51,386 bases of DNA, taken from the NCBI GenBank assembly GCA_049591635.1, contig JBAWFF010000408.1:1-51386 (forward strand), written 5' to 3'. The notes under the pieces are model-generated. The model saw only the letters and a program-made list of their open reading frames with translations. It did no database searches and was not told the DNA's origin. This document shows positions 18,032-26,820 of the stretch, in pieces (positions within the stretch are counted from its first letter, which is position 1; the number at the start of each line of letters is the position of its first letter). A program made the translations under genes and the position numbers. This stretch comes from Acetobacteraceae bacterium (lineage in GTDB: Bacteria > Pseudomonadota > Alphaproteobacteria > Acetobacterales > Acetobacteraceae).

Positions 18032-19702
18032 ATGCCGGGCGATCTGGAGATCGCGCGCGCCGCCCGGCTGCACCCGATCGCGGAGATCGCCGAGAAGCTC
18101 GGCGTTCCGGCCGATGCGATCGAGCCCTACGGGCGGTACAAGGCGAAGATCGGCTTCGACTTCATCCGTAGTGTCGAGGAGCGGCCCGAGGGCGCGCTGA
18201 TCCTCGTCACGGGGATCAGCCCAACCCCGGCCGGCGAAGGCAAGACGACCACGACGGTGGGCCTCGGCGATGCGCTGAACCGGCTGGGCAAGCGTGCGGC
18301 GATCTGCCTGCGCGAGCCGAGCGTGGGGCCGAGCTTCGGGCAGAAGGGCGGCGCCGCCGGCGGCGGGCACGCGCAGGTGGTGCCGATGGAGGAGATCAAC
18401 CTCCATTTCACCGGCGACTTCCACGCCATCACGGCGGCCAACAACCTGCTCGCCGCGATGGTCGACAACCACGTCTACTGGGGCAACCCGCTCGGCATCG
18501 ACGTGCGTCGGATCAGCGCGCGCCGAGCGCTCGACATCAACGACCGGGCGCTGCGCGCGATCGTCAATGGGCTGGGTGGCGTGGCGAACGGGGCGCCGCG
18601 CGAGGACGGGTTCGATATCACCGTCGCCTCCGAGGTGATGGCGGTGTTCTGCCTGTCGCGCGACCTCGCCGACCTCCAGGAGCGGCTGGGGCGCATCATC
18701 GTCGCCGAGACGCGCGAGCGGCGGCCGATCACCGCAAGCGACCTGAAGGCGGACGGCGCGATGGCGGTGCTGCTGCGCGACGCGCTGCAACCGAACCTCG
18801 TGCAGACGCTGGAGGGATCACCGGCGCTGGTGCATGGCGGCCCGTTCGCCAACATCGCGCATGGCTGCAACTCGGTCATGGCGACGCGGCTCGCGCTGCG
18901 CCTCGCCGACGTGGTGGTGACGGAGGCGGGGTTCGGCGCCGATCTGGGAGCCGAGAAATTCCTCGACATCAAGTGCCGCCTGGCGGGGCTGCGACCGGCC
19001 GGCAGCGTCGTCGTCGCCACCATCCGCGCGCTGAAGATGCAGGGCGGGGTGGCGCGTGCCGATCTCGGCCGCCCGGATCCGACGGCGGTCGCGCGTGGCG
19101 TGGCGAACCTCGCGCGGCACGTCGAGAACATGGGAAAGTTCGGCCTGCCGGTCGTGATCGCGATCAACCGCTTCACCGCCGATACCGACGACGAGTTGGA
19201 CGTGGTGCGCGACGCGATGGCGGCGCTGGGCGTGGAGGTCGCTTCCTGCACACACTGGGCGGACGGCGCCGCCGGGGCCGAGGGCCTGGCGCGCGCCGTG
19301 CTGGCGATGATCGACGCCGGGCAGGCGCGCTACGCGCCGCTTTATCCCGACACCATGGGCCTCGCCGACAAGCTGCGAACGATCGCACGCGCGATCTACC
19401 GCGCCGCCGACATCGCGCTGCCGGCCCACGTGGTGCGCGCGCTGGAGCGGTTCGAGGCGGCGGGGTTCGGAGGCGTGCCGGTATGCATCGCCAAGACCCA
19501 GTACAGCTTCAGCGCCGATCCGACCGTGCTTGGCGCGCCCACGGGTCACATCCTGCCGGTCCGCGACGTGCGCCTGTCGGCCGGCGCCGGCTTCGTGGTG
19601 GCGATCTGCGGCGACCTCTCGACGATGCCGGGATTGCCCCGAGTGCCGGCGGCCGAGTCGATACGGCTGGACGGGCAGGGGCGGATCGAGGGGTTGTCTT
19701 AA
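18032..19702 (+). CDS. fhs: Formate-tetrahydrofolate ligase
   Basis: Begins 1 nt after the phnW-like stop. It has the P-loop-like [15 protein letters not shown] plus the family signatures [18 protein letters not shown] and [13 protein letters not shown]. Length is 556 aa. Confidence 0.95.
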   Translation: MPGDLEIARAARLHPIAEIAEKLGVPADAIEPYGRYKAKIGFDFIRSVEERPEGALILVTGISPTPAGEGKTTTTVGLGDALNRLGKRAAICLREPSVGPSFGQKGGAAGGGHAQVVPMEEINLHFTGDFHAITAANNLLAAMVDNHVYWGNPLGIDVRRISARRALDINDRALRAIVNGLGGVANGAPREDGFDITVASEVMAVFCLSRDLADLQERLGRIIVAETRERRPITASDLKADGAMAVLLRDALQPNLVQTLEGSPALVHGGPFANIAHGCNSVMATRLALRLADVVVTEAGFGADLGAEKFLDIKCRLAGLRPAGSVVVATIRALKMQGGVARADLGRPDPTAVARGVANLARHVENMGKFGLPVVIAINRFTADTDDELDVVRDAMAALGVEVASCTHWADGAAGAEGLARAVLAMIDAGQARYAPLYPDTMGLADKLRTIARAIYRAADIALPAHVVRALERFEAAGFGGVPVCIAKTQYSFSADPTVLGAPTGHILPVRDVRLSAGAGFVVAICGDLSTMPGLPRVPAAESIRLDGQGRIEGLS

Positions 19703-19713
19703 GGGCCGCCATC

Positions 19714-20265
19714 ATGCCGTTGGCACCTGAGTACACGGCGATCCTTGAGGTGCTCGCTGAAGCATGTAGCCTTTACAGGCAGAAGACGGGCCACGACGCT
19801 GTTCTCGTGGGCGGCGCGGCCACCGCGATTTATACGGATGGGGCGTTCCCGTCCGGCGATTTTGACTTCGTAACAGCCGACGATGCCGCGTTCCGCAAGG
19901 CCCTGCGGGAGACCGGGTTTCGCCCCGAGCGCCGCGCCGGCCATCTGCTGATCGGCTTTTACCATCCCAATCATCCCCAATTTGGGGTGCAGCAGGTATC
20001 GGGAAGCCTGTTTGAGGGGCGTACCGATAAACATCGGATGGTGCACGTCGTCATCCGATCGCCTGACGCCGGTCTTACCCTCCCGCCCATCGAGGACTTG
20101 ATTGCTGACCGGCTTGCTCAGCATGCGGTGGCATCGCCCAGCGACACGTCTCGACTGCTCCAGGCACAGGCTTTGTTTCGTCTCGCACATCGCCTGGACA
20201 AAGACTATCTTCAGCGTCGGGTGCACGAGGAGGGAGGCGATTTGAGTCTCCTCATGCCGCCGTAA
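19714..20265 (+). CDS. Hypothetical protein with a minimal nucleotidyltransferase-fold signature (AbiEii/MenT/DUF1814-like motif), carried on a small insertion
   Basis: ATG 19714 lies 9 nt after the fhs stop. LVGGAATAIYTDGAFPSGDFDFV resembles the GG-x(n)-S-x-D-x-D motif of Pol-beta-superfamily NTases. Local G+C is visibly lower than the flanks. Only the last 183 codons of ORF-track entry 18973..20265 are considered real. Confidence 0.55.
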   Translation: MPLAPEYTAILEVLAEACSLYRQKTGHDAVLVGGAATAIYTDGAFPSGDFDFVTADDAAFRKALRETGFRPERRAGHLLIGFYHPNHPQFGVQQVSGSLFEGRTDKHRMVHVVIRSPDAGLTLPPIEDLIADRLAQHAVASPSDTSRLLQAQALFRLAHRLDKDYLQRRVHEEGGDLSLLMPP

Positions 20266-20276
20266 GACCGAGGTTC

Positions 20277-20483
20277 ATGCAGATGAAGAAAATCACCCTT
20301 AGAGGATTGCAGGCGCGAGTCCGGACGCGAAAGACACGCCTTGGCATTTCCGAGGACACGGCGGCGGTCGACGCTATGCGAAACAAGGGTGGCGCCCGTA
20401 CAGACGCAAAGCGCGAGCTGCTTCATCGGGCCGGCGAGCGGGCGCGAGTGGCCGGCAGGGTGCCTACGAAGTCCTATTACTGA
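20277..20483 (+). CDS. Small, very basic hypothetical protein (68 aa), possible partner of the NTase-fold ORF
   Basis: GAGG lies just upstream of tandem ATGs, and the gene starts 11 nt after the preceding stop. It is Lys/Arg-rich (KKITLRGLQARVRTRKTRLG...). No family was recognised. Confidence 0.35.
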   Translation: MQMKKITLRGLQARVRTRKTRLGISEDTAAVDAMRNKGGARTDAKRELLHRAGERARVAGRVPTKSYY

Positions 20484-20514
20484 ACAACTGGCTGAACTCC
20501 GCTCGGAACCGGCC

Positions 20515-20679
20515 TCTCCAGCGCCGATCCACCGTACTCGGCGTCCCCGCCGGGCACATCCCGTCCATCCGTGATGTCCGATCTGCGGCGACCTCTCGAC
20601 AATGCCGGGATTGCCCCGCGTTCGGGCGGCCGAGTCGATGCGGCTGGATGTGCAGGGGCGGATCGAGGGGTTGTCGTAG
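20515..20679 (+). pseudogene. fhs: Decayed duplicate of the fhs 3' end (remnant of the pre-insertion terminus)
   Basis: 20579-20679 aligns base for base with 19602-19702, with 9 mismatches in 101 nt by eye, and ends in TAG where fhs ends in TAA. 20520-20578 aligns more loosely with 19511-19570. A stretch of about 31 nt (fhs 19571-19601) is missing, which breaks the frame. Confidence 0.85.
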
Positions 20680-20700
20680 GGCGGCCCCGCGCGGCTGAGG

Positions 20701-21327
20701 TCAACGCGGCGGCTTGGCGGCATAGTTCGACAGAAACATCGCCACGGTGGCATCGACCACGCGCTCGATCTCGCCAGGGGTCGGCGTCGCCAGCAGCCCT
20801 AGTTTCTGACGCAGCACCAATCGCGTCTGACAGAGGGCGAAGAATTGTTCGGCGGCGAATTCCGGGTCGGGCACGCGCAGCTCCCCACGCCGGGTCCGTT
20901 CGGCCAGCCACTCGGCCAGGCTGTCGATCGCCCGCGCCGGCCCGGCATCGAAGAAGGCTCGGGCCAATTCGGGGAACTTGGCCGCCTCGGAGATCACCAC
21001 CCGATAGATCGTCTGTCCGGCCGGAGAGATCATGATCTCCAACATCCGCTGTCCGACGCTGTGGAGTACCGCCTCCGCCGGCGCCGCGTCCTGGTGGGCC
21101 AGGTCGAAGACGTGGACCAGCTTGCGGCGGCACTCCTCGCCCACATAGGCCGCGAACAGCGCCGCCTTGCTGGGGAAGTAATTGTACAGCGTGCCCTTGG
21201 AGACACCGGCGCGGGCCGCGATGCTCGCCATGCTGGCGCCCTCATACCCGTCGGCGGCAAACACCGCCCCAGCGCCAGCCATGATCCGCGCTCGCTTTTC
21301 CTCGGACAGCGCCTCCGCTTGCGACAT
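20701..21327 (-). CDS. TetR/AcrR family transcriptional regulator
   Basis: N-terminal HTH region RARIMAGAGAVFAADGYEGASMASIAARAGVSKGTLYNYFPSKAALF. It is divergent from the efflux genes. Confidence 0.9.
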   Translation of the reverse strand: MSQAEALSEEKRARIMAGAGAVFAADGYEGASMASIAARAGVSKGTLYNYFPSKAALFAAYVGEECRRKLVHVFDLAHQDAAPAEAVLHSVGQRMLEIMISPAGQTIYRVVISEAAKFPELARAFFDAGPARAIDSLAEWLAERTRRGELRVPDPEFAAEQFFALCQTRLVLRQKLGLLATPTPGEIERVVDATVAMFLSNYAAKPPR

Positions 21328-21393
21328 CGTGATCGGGCCCCTTTTGTCCCGGCCGGGTTGACACTGGGGCGCGGCGGCTTAGTTGCCAAGGGA

Positions 21394-21414
21394 TTGACTG
21401 AACGGTTCGGTCAA
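21394..21414. promoter_or_regulatory. Candidate TetR operator (21-bp near-perfect palindrome) in the tetR-emrA divergent region
   Basis: TTGACTGAAC-G-GTTCGGTCAA has 10-bp arms with one mismatch and lies 9 nt upstream of the emrA ATG. A TTGACA hexamer sits at 21358-21363 upstream. Confidence 0.55.
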
Positions 21415-21422
21415 ATTTTCGA

Positions 21423-22544
21423 ATGGATCACGCCGTGGACATGGACGTGCGGACCCAGCCGGATCAGGCGGAATTTGAGGATATCGGGACACTGGACAGC
21501 CCAGCCAGGCTGTCGAAGGAGAGGTGGTATCGTCGCCATCCGTGGCTCGCCGGCTTCGGTGTGCTCGTGGCGCTCGTCATCGTGGCGGGCGCCGTGCTCT
21601 GGTGGCTGAACGCACGCAACTACGTCAGCACCACCGACGCGCAAATCGCCGGCTACGTAACCCAGATGTCGCCGCAAGTTCCCGGTCGCGTCACCGCCCT
21701 GCTGTTCACCGACAACGAGCACGTCGCCGCCGGCCAGAAGCTGTTGGAGATCGATCCTCGCGATTACCAGGCGAAGCTCGATCTGGCGCTCGCCCAGCAG
21801 GCCGGCGCGGAGGCGCAAGTGACGCAGACGCGGGCACAGCTTCTGGTGCGCCAGGCCGACCTCGACCAGGCCAGGGCCGCGGTGACGGTGGCGCAGTCCG
21901 ACCTTACCCAAGCGAGTAATGACCATGCGCGCTTCGAGCATATCAACCCACGGGCGGTGACGCAGCAGCAGCGCGACCAGATCGACGCGGCGTTCCGCTC
22001 CGCCACCGCGAAGCTCACGTCGGCGAAGCAGGGGGTCGAAGGCGCCGGGGCGCAGATCGAGGTGGCGAAGGCACAAGCGGTATCCGCCGAGGCTGGGCTG
22101 AAGCAGGCCGCGGCGACGGTCGAAACCGCCCGATTGCAGCTGTCCTATACCACCATCACCGCCCCGGTTGCCGGGCGGGTGACGCATCGCACGGTCAATG
22201 TGGGCGACGTCGTCCAGGCGGGACAACCGCTGTTCGCGCTGGTGCGCGACGAATTGTGGGTCGACGCGGCCTTCAAGGAGACGGAATTGGCGGGGATGCG
22301 CCCGGGCCAGCCGGTAACGATCACGGTGGACGCGGTTCCCGGCGTGACGTTCCACGGCAAGGTGGACAGTTTCCAGTCCGGCACCGGGTCGCAGTTCAGC
22401 GCCTTGCCGGCGGAGAACGCGACCGGCAACTGGGTGAAGGTGGTGCAGCGCGTGCCGGTCAAAATCGTGTTCGGCGGCACCGAGTATCGGAAGCATTTCC
22501 TGGCGCCGGGCATGTCGGCTGAACCGAGCGTGAAGCTGCGCTGA
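21423..22544 (+). CDS. emrA: HlyD-family efflux periplasmic adaptor (EmrA type)
   Basis: Single N-terminal TM helix (WLAGFGVLVALVIVAGAVLWW). Other features are the lipoyl-like motif VSTTDAQIAGYVTQMSPQVPGRV...V..GQ.L..ID, long coiled-coil repeats (QAKLDLALAQQAGAEAQV...) and the C-terminal GNWVKVVQRVPV. Confidence 0.9.
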   Translation: MDHAVDMDVRTQPDQAEFEDIGTLDSPARLSKERWYRRHPWLAGFGVLVALVIVAGAVLWWLNARNYVSTTDAQIAGYVTQMSPQVPGRVTALLFTDNEHVAAGQKLLEIDPRDYQAKLDLALAQQAGAEAQVTQTRAQLLVRQADLDQARAAVTVAQSDLTQASNDHARFEHINPRAVTQQQRDQIDAAFRSATAKLTSAKQGVEGAGAQIEVAKAQAVSAEAGLKQAAATVETARLQLSYTTITAPVAGRVTHRTVNVGDVVQAGQPLFALVRDELWVDAAFKETELAGMRPGQPVTITVDAVPGVTFHGKVDSFQSGTGSQFSALPAENATGNWVKVVQRVPVKIVFGGTEYRKHFLAPGMSAEPSVKLR

Positions 22545-24073
22545 TGGCGCGGGAGTTCCTGCCCCGCTCCGCCGCCGGAGACCGCAATCCGTGGCTGGTC
22601 GGGGTCGTCATCTCGATCGCCACCTTCATGCAGGTGCTGGATACCACCATCGTCAACGTGGCGCTCCGCGACGTCACCGGATCGCTGGCGGTGAGCTACG
22701 ACGAGAGCACCTGGATCCTGACCAGCTATCTGATCGCCAACGCGATCGTCCTGCCGATCAGCGGGTGGCTGGCGACGGTGATCGGGCGCAAGCGCTTCTA
22801 CATGGGTTGCGTCGCGGTGTTCACCGCCGCGTCGGTGGCGTGCGCGCTATCCACCTCGCTGACCTCGATGGTGATCGCGCGCATGGTGCAGGGCGCCGGC
22901 GGCGGCGGGATGGGGCCGACGGAGCAGGCGATGTTCGCCGACACCTTCCCGGTTCGGCAGCGGGCGCAAGCATTCGCGCTGTATGGTCTGACGGTGATCT
23001 CCGCGCCGGCGATCGGGCCGGTATTGGGCGGCTGGATCACCGACAATCTATCCTGGCACTGGGTGTTCCTGATCAACCTTCCGATCGGGCTGATGTCGTT
23101 GCTGCTGGTAAATACCTTCGTCGTGGAACCGAAGGCGCTACAGGAAGATCGCCGCAAGCTCCTGCACGGGGGCCTGCGCATCGACTATGTCGGGTTCGCG
23201 TTGGTCGTGCTGGGCTTCGGCACGCTGCAAGTCGCGCTCGACCGGTTCGACGTCGACGATGGGTTCGGCTCGACGTTCATCCTCGGGCTGAGCGTCGTCG
23301 CCGGGATCGCGCTGGTCACGCTGGTGGCGTGGGAACTGATCGTCGCCCGGCCGCTCATCAATCTGCGGCTGTTCGCGCAGTCGCGAGCGTTTGCGATCTC
23401 GTGCGCGCTGATGTTCCTGGTCGGATTGCTGCTTATCAGCACGACGCAGCTGCTGCCGCAGCTGACGCAGGTGCTGATGGGCTACAGCGCCTATCAGGCC
23501 GGACTGACGCTCGGCATCGGCGCGATCGCCACGATCATCATGATGCCGCTCGCCGGCATCGTCACCGGGCGGCTGATCCAGCCGAAATGGCTGATCGCCG
23601 CGGCGCTGATCGGCAGCGGCTGGGGCATATGGCGAAGCTCGGGGCTGGATCTCGACGTCGCGCTGTGGAACGTCTCTGAGGCGCGCATGTTGCAGGTTCT
23701 GTGGCTACCGTTCCTGTTCATTCCGATCACCGCAGTCTCCTATTTCGGCGTACCGGCGGATCAGAACAACCAGGCCTCGGCGCTGATCAACCTGACACGC
23801 AACCTCGGGGGCAGCTTCGGCATCTCTGGCGTGCAGACGCTGCTGTCGTGGCGAACTCAGTTTCATCACGCGCGGCTGGCCGAGTCGGTGACGCCGTACA
23901 ACGGCTATGGCTTCGGCCATTCGCTGACGGCGATCGCGCACGCGGTGCAGACCCAGGCGCAGGTCATGAGCTACCTCGACATATTCTGGCTGCTCGGCCT
24001 CGTTGCCCTGTGCATCTGGCCGTTGGCGCTGTTCCTGCCGCGAATACCGAAGGGCGCTCCGGCCGGCCACTGA
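22544..24073 (+). CDS. emrB: DHA2-family MFS multidrug efflux permease (EmrB/QacA type, 14 TM)
   Basis: TGATG overlap with emrA. N-terminal LDTTIVNVAL, motif A-like GWLATVIGRKR, and 509 aa of hydrophobic repeats. Confidence 0.9.
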   Translation: MAREFLPRSAAGDRNPWLVGVVISIATFMQVLDTTIVNVALRDVTGSLAVSYDESTWILTSYLIANAIVLPISGWLATVIGRKRFYMGCVAVFTAASVACALSTSLTSMVIARMVQGAGGGGMGPTEQAMFADTFPVRQRAQAFALYGLTVISAPAIGPVLGGWITDNLSWHWVFLINLPIGLMSLLLVNTFVVEPKALQEDRRKLLHGGLRIDYVGFALVVLGFGTLQVALDRFDVDDGFGSTFILGLSVVAGIALVTLVAWELIVARPLINLRLFAQSRAFAISCALMFLVGLLLISTTQLLPQLTQVLMGYSAYQAGLTLGIGAIATIIMMPLAGIVTGRLIQPKWLIAAALIGSGWGIWRSSGLDLDVALWNVSEARMLQVLWLPFLFIPITAVSYFGVPADQNNQASALINLTRNLGGSFGISGVQTLLSWRTQFHHARLAESVTPYNGYGFGHSLTAIAHAVQTQAQVMSYLDIFWLLGLVALCIWPLALFLPRIPKGAPAGH

Positions 24074-24076
24074 GCC

Positions 24077-24856
24077 CTACTGCATGAACCAGCCGTGGCT
24101 GACGACGAGGGACTGGCCGGTCATCGCATTGGTCTTCGCGGCGGCGAAGAACAGCGCGGCGGCGGCGACGTCCTCGACAGTGGTGAATTCCCCATCCACC
24201 GTCTCCTTCAGCATGGAGGCAACCACCTGCGCCTCGGTCAGGCCGAGGGCCGCCATTTGCTCGGGGATCTGCTTCTCGGCGAGCGGCGTGCGCACGAAGC
24301 CCGGGCAGATGACGTTGGCGCGCACGCCATGCGCGGAACCCTCCTTGGCCACCACCTTGCAGAGCCCGATCAGGCCATGCTTGGCGGTCACGTACGGCGC
24401 CTTCAGGGGCGACGCCAGTTTGGAGTGGACCGAGCCCATGTAGATGACGCAGCCGCTGCCGCGCGCGTACATGTGCTTGAGGCACGCCTTGGTGGTCAGG
24501 AAGGCGCCATCGAGATGGATCGCGAGCACCTTCTTCCATTCGGCGAAGGGAAATTCCTCGATCGGATGGACGATCTGGATGCCGGCATTGCTGACGAGAA
24601 TGTCGATCCGGCCGAACCCGCGGGCGACGCCATCGACGCCGGCTTGCACCGCCGCTTCATCGGTCACGTCCATCGCCACGCCGATCGCGGTGAGGCCGGC
24701 GGCGGCGAACTCGGCGGCGGTTGCTTGCGCGGCGTCCGCGTTCAGGTCGGCGATGACGACCCGCGCGCCTTCCTCGGCGAAGCGGCGCGCGATCGCGCGC
24801 CCGATCCCGCTCGCCGCGCCGGTGACGATCGCGACCTGATCCTGAAGCTGACCCAA
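24077..24856 (-). CDS. bdhA: 3-hydroxybutyrate dehydrogenase (classical SDR)
   Basis: TTG start at 24856 with AAAGGA 7 nt upstream gives (M)[22 protein letters not shown]. It has the catalytic YVTAKHG, plus NAGIQ and HGWFMQ. The ORF-track ATG at 24937 would overlap lysR by 65 nt. Confidence 0.8.
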   Translation of the reverse strand: MGQLQDQVAIVTGAASGIGRAIARRFAEEGARVVIADLNADAAQATAAEFAAAGLTAIGVAMDVTDEAAVQAGVDGVARGFGRIDILVSNAGIQIVHPIEEFPFAEWKKVLAIHLDGAFLTTKACLKHMYARGSGCVIYMGSVHSKLASPLKAPYVTAKHGLIGLCKVVAKEGSAHGVRANVICPGFVRTPLAEKQIPEQMAALGLTEAQVVASMLKETVDGEFTTVEDVAAAALFFAAAKTNAMTGQSLVVSHGWFMQ

Positions 24857-24872
24857 TCCCGAATCCTTTCTG

Positions 24873-25790
24873 CTAGGCGGCCCGGCCAAGTCTTGCGTCG
24901 AGGCTCGCGCTGTCCTCGATATGCTTGGCGAGCGCATCCGTCACCGGCTGGCGCGCATGCCGGCCGGTCACCATGACGATCCCATAGTCGGGCAGATTCG
25001 GCAGGCCCTCGTCCGGACGCACCGCGCGGAGCCCGTCCGGCAGCCAAGCCTGCGCCGACACGGTAACCGCGAGCCCCGCCATCACCGGCGCCTGCGTGCC
25101 GACCTGAGAGCTGGAGGTGTAGGCGAGCCGATAGCGGCGGCCAGCCTTATCGAGCGCCCGCACCGCCTCCGCGCTCCAGCAGCAGCCGCTCTCGCTCTCG
25201 TCGGGGGTGGCCAGCGCCAGCGGCAGCGGGTCGAGGCGATGCGGCGCATAGCGGGTCGATGTGACCCACACCAAGGAGCCGCGCCACAGCGGCACCGCTT
25301 TCAGGCGGCGCATCCCGTGCCCCTCCGAGACCAGCGCTATGTCGAGCTCGCCCCGGTGCAGTCGTTCGGTCAACGTCTCTGATGGTTCGCACAGCACCTC
25401 CACCTGCACGGCCGGATGGGTCTCGGCGAAGCGCTTGAGCACCGGAGGCAGGTAGCCGAACGCGTAGTCGTCGGGCGAGCCGAGCCGGACCGTGCCGGCG
25501 ATCTGTGGCGTGCGGAAGGTCGCCATCACCTCGTCGTTCAGTGCCAGGATCGCCCGCGCGCGGCCGAGCAGGAACTGGCCGTGCGGCGTCAGCACCACCC
25601 CGCCGCCCTTGCCCCGGCTGAGCACCGACTGGCCCAGCGCCTCCTCCAGCCGCTTCATCTGCATCGACACCGCCGCCTGCGTGCGTCCGACCATCGCGGC
25701 GGCATGGGTGAAGCTATGCCCTTCGGCGATCAGCACAAAGGCGCGGAGCAGGTCGGGATCGAGGCCGGCGGGGAGGCTCATGGGCATCAA
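24873..25790 (-). CDS. LysR family transcriptional regulator
   Basis: N-terminal w[43 protein letters not shown], followed by a LysR substrate-binding body. Confidence 0.9.
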   Translation of the reverse strand: MMPMSLPAGLDPDLLRAFVLIAEGHSFTHAAAMVGRTQAAVSMQMKRLEEALGQSVLSRGKGGGVVLTPHGQFLLGRARAILALNDEVMATFRTPQIAGTVRLGSPDDYAFGYLPPVLKRFAETHPAVQVEVLCEPSETLTERLHRGELDIALVSEGHGMRRLKAVPLWRGSLVWVTSTRYAPHRLDPLPLALATPDESESGCCWSAEAVRALDKAGRRYRLAYTSSSQVGTQAPVMAGLAVTVSAQAWLPDGLRAVRPDEGLPNLPDYGIVMVTGRHARQPVTDALAKHIEDSASLDARLGRAA

Positions 25791-25805
25791 TATAGGTAAT
25801 GGGGA

Positions 25806-25833
25806 CCATCAGCACAATTCGTTTTACTGATGG
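25806..25833. promoter_or_regulatory. Inverted repeat in the lysR / DUF1127 divergent region (candidate LysR-type binding site)
   Basis: CCATCAG-N14-CTGATGG, with an AT-rich spacer (CACAATTCGTTTTA), lies 16 nt upstream of the lysR start. Confidence 0.35.
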
Positions 25834-25882
25834 GCGTTGGAACACCAATTCACGGCCATCGGATCATTCGCAGGAGGTCCCG

Positions 25883-26140
25883 ATGTCCGGATCGTCTCTG
25901 ACCCACAATTTCGTGATCGCGTCACCCGCTCGGCCCGTCAGCCAGACGGCGGCCGTCCCGCAACGCCGGGGTCCGTCACGGCGCAAGACCGGGTCGGTCT
26001 GGGCGCGCGTCGGCATCTTCTGGCGCCGCTACCGCTCCCGTGTGGCGTTGGCAAATCTCGACGGTCATCTGCTTCGCGATATCGGCGTGACGTATGCCGA
26101 GGCGGAGCACGAGGCGAACAAGCCATTCTGGCGGGGCTAG
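25883..26140 (+). CDS. DUF1127 domain-containing small protein
   Basis: CAGGAGG lies 5 nt upstream of ATG 25883. The C-terminal RSRVALANLDGHLLRDIGVTYAEAEHEANKPFWRG matches the DUF1127 pattern (L..L.D..L.DIG....). It is divergent from a LysR gene, a common arrangement. Confidence 0.75.
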   Translation: MSGSSLTHNFVIASPARPVSQTAAVPQRRGPSRRKTGSVWARVGIFWRRYRSRVALANLDGHLLRDIGVTYAEAEHEANKPFWRG

Positions 26141-26820
26141 CGTCGCCGCTCGAAGATCGTCGTGCAGAAATAATGCGCGCTGATCACATAGCCTTGTTCC
26201 TTCAGGAACCGGACGCAGGAATTGGCGAGCGGGTCCTGAAGGTCGAGGCCGTGCAGTTCGACGCTGATGACGGTGGGGCGGTGGCGCATCCAGTCGTTTG
26301 ACCGCACGACCTCCTCGTCGAGCCATTCGCAATCGACGTTCATGTAGTCGATGGATGTTTGGGGCGGCAAGAACCGATCCAGCAACTCGGCGAGCGGGGC
26401 CACCTCGATCTCGGACTCCGTCGCCTTCCCGAAATGCTGTTCCGCCCGCGCCGCGATGCCCGGGTCGAATGTGTTCACGGCCCCATCATCGAACAGCGCC
26501 AGAGTGCGCCGTCCGGACGCCGCCGCGACGCCCATGTGTACGTTGATGTCACGCGGTCGGGCGATCTTGAATCGGTCGATGGCACGGGAATCGGCGTCGA
26601 TGTTGATGCCGCGCCATCGGCGGAACTTGTGAAGCAGGCAGGTGTTCGAGTAGCGGAACGGGTCGTGGGCTCCAACATCGACATAGAACCCGTCCCACTT
26701 CTCGTGGAAATAGTGCCAGATCAGGCAGTCCTCGCCGAACTGCGAAAAGTGCAAGCGTGCCTCCGGCATCTGGACCGCGTCCAGATAGTCGCGCGCTGGC
26801 TGGTTCCTATCGAGCCACAT
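26137..26820 (-). CDS. FkbM-family SAM-dependent methyltransferase
   Basis: FSQFGEDCLIWHYF...GFYVDVGAHDPFRYSNTCLL...WRGINIDADSRAI is the FkbM-type pattern. The start overlaps (TGATG) the stop of the upstream MaoC gene. Confidence 0.75.
   Translation of the reverse strand: MWLDRNQPARDYLDAVQMPEARLHFSQFGEDCLIWHYFHEKWDGFYVDVGAHDPFRYSNTCLLHKFRRWRGINIDADSRAIDRFKIARPRDINVHMGVAAASGRRTLALFDDGAVNTFDPGIAARAEQHFGKATESEIEVAPLAELLDRFLPPQTSIDYMNVDCEWLDEEVVRSNDWMRHRPTVISVELHGLDLQDPLANSCVRFLKEQGYVISAHYFCTTIFERRR

Noticed and set aside
18973-19713. First 247 codons of ORF 18973..20265(+).
   Set aside because: This part is an out-of-frame read through the fhs coding region (Arg/Gly-rich nonsense). Only the part from ATG 19714, downstream of the fhs stop, is treated as a gene.
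20477-21133. ORFs 20477..21133(-), 20571..21035(+) and 20211..20753(-), which span the fhs remnant and the tetR region.
   Set aside because: They overlap the clearly recognisable TetR gene or the decayed fhs duplicate in other frames. They have no independent coding evidence.
24857-24937. ATG start at 24937 for the 3-hydroxybutyrate dehydrogenase ORF.
   Set aside because: It would overlap the lysR 3' end by 65 nt and add a non-SDR Arg/Ser-rich leader. TTG 24856, with an AAAGGA RBS, gives the canonical distance to the TGxxxGIG motif.
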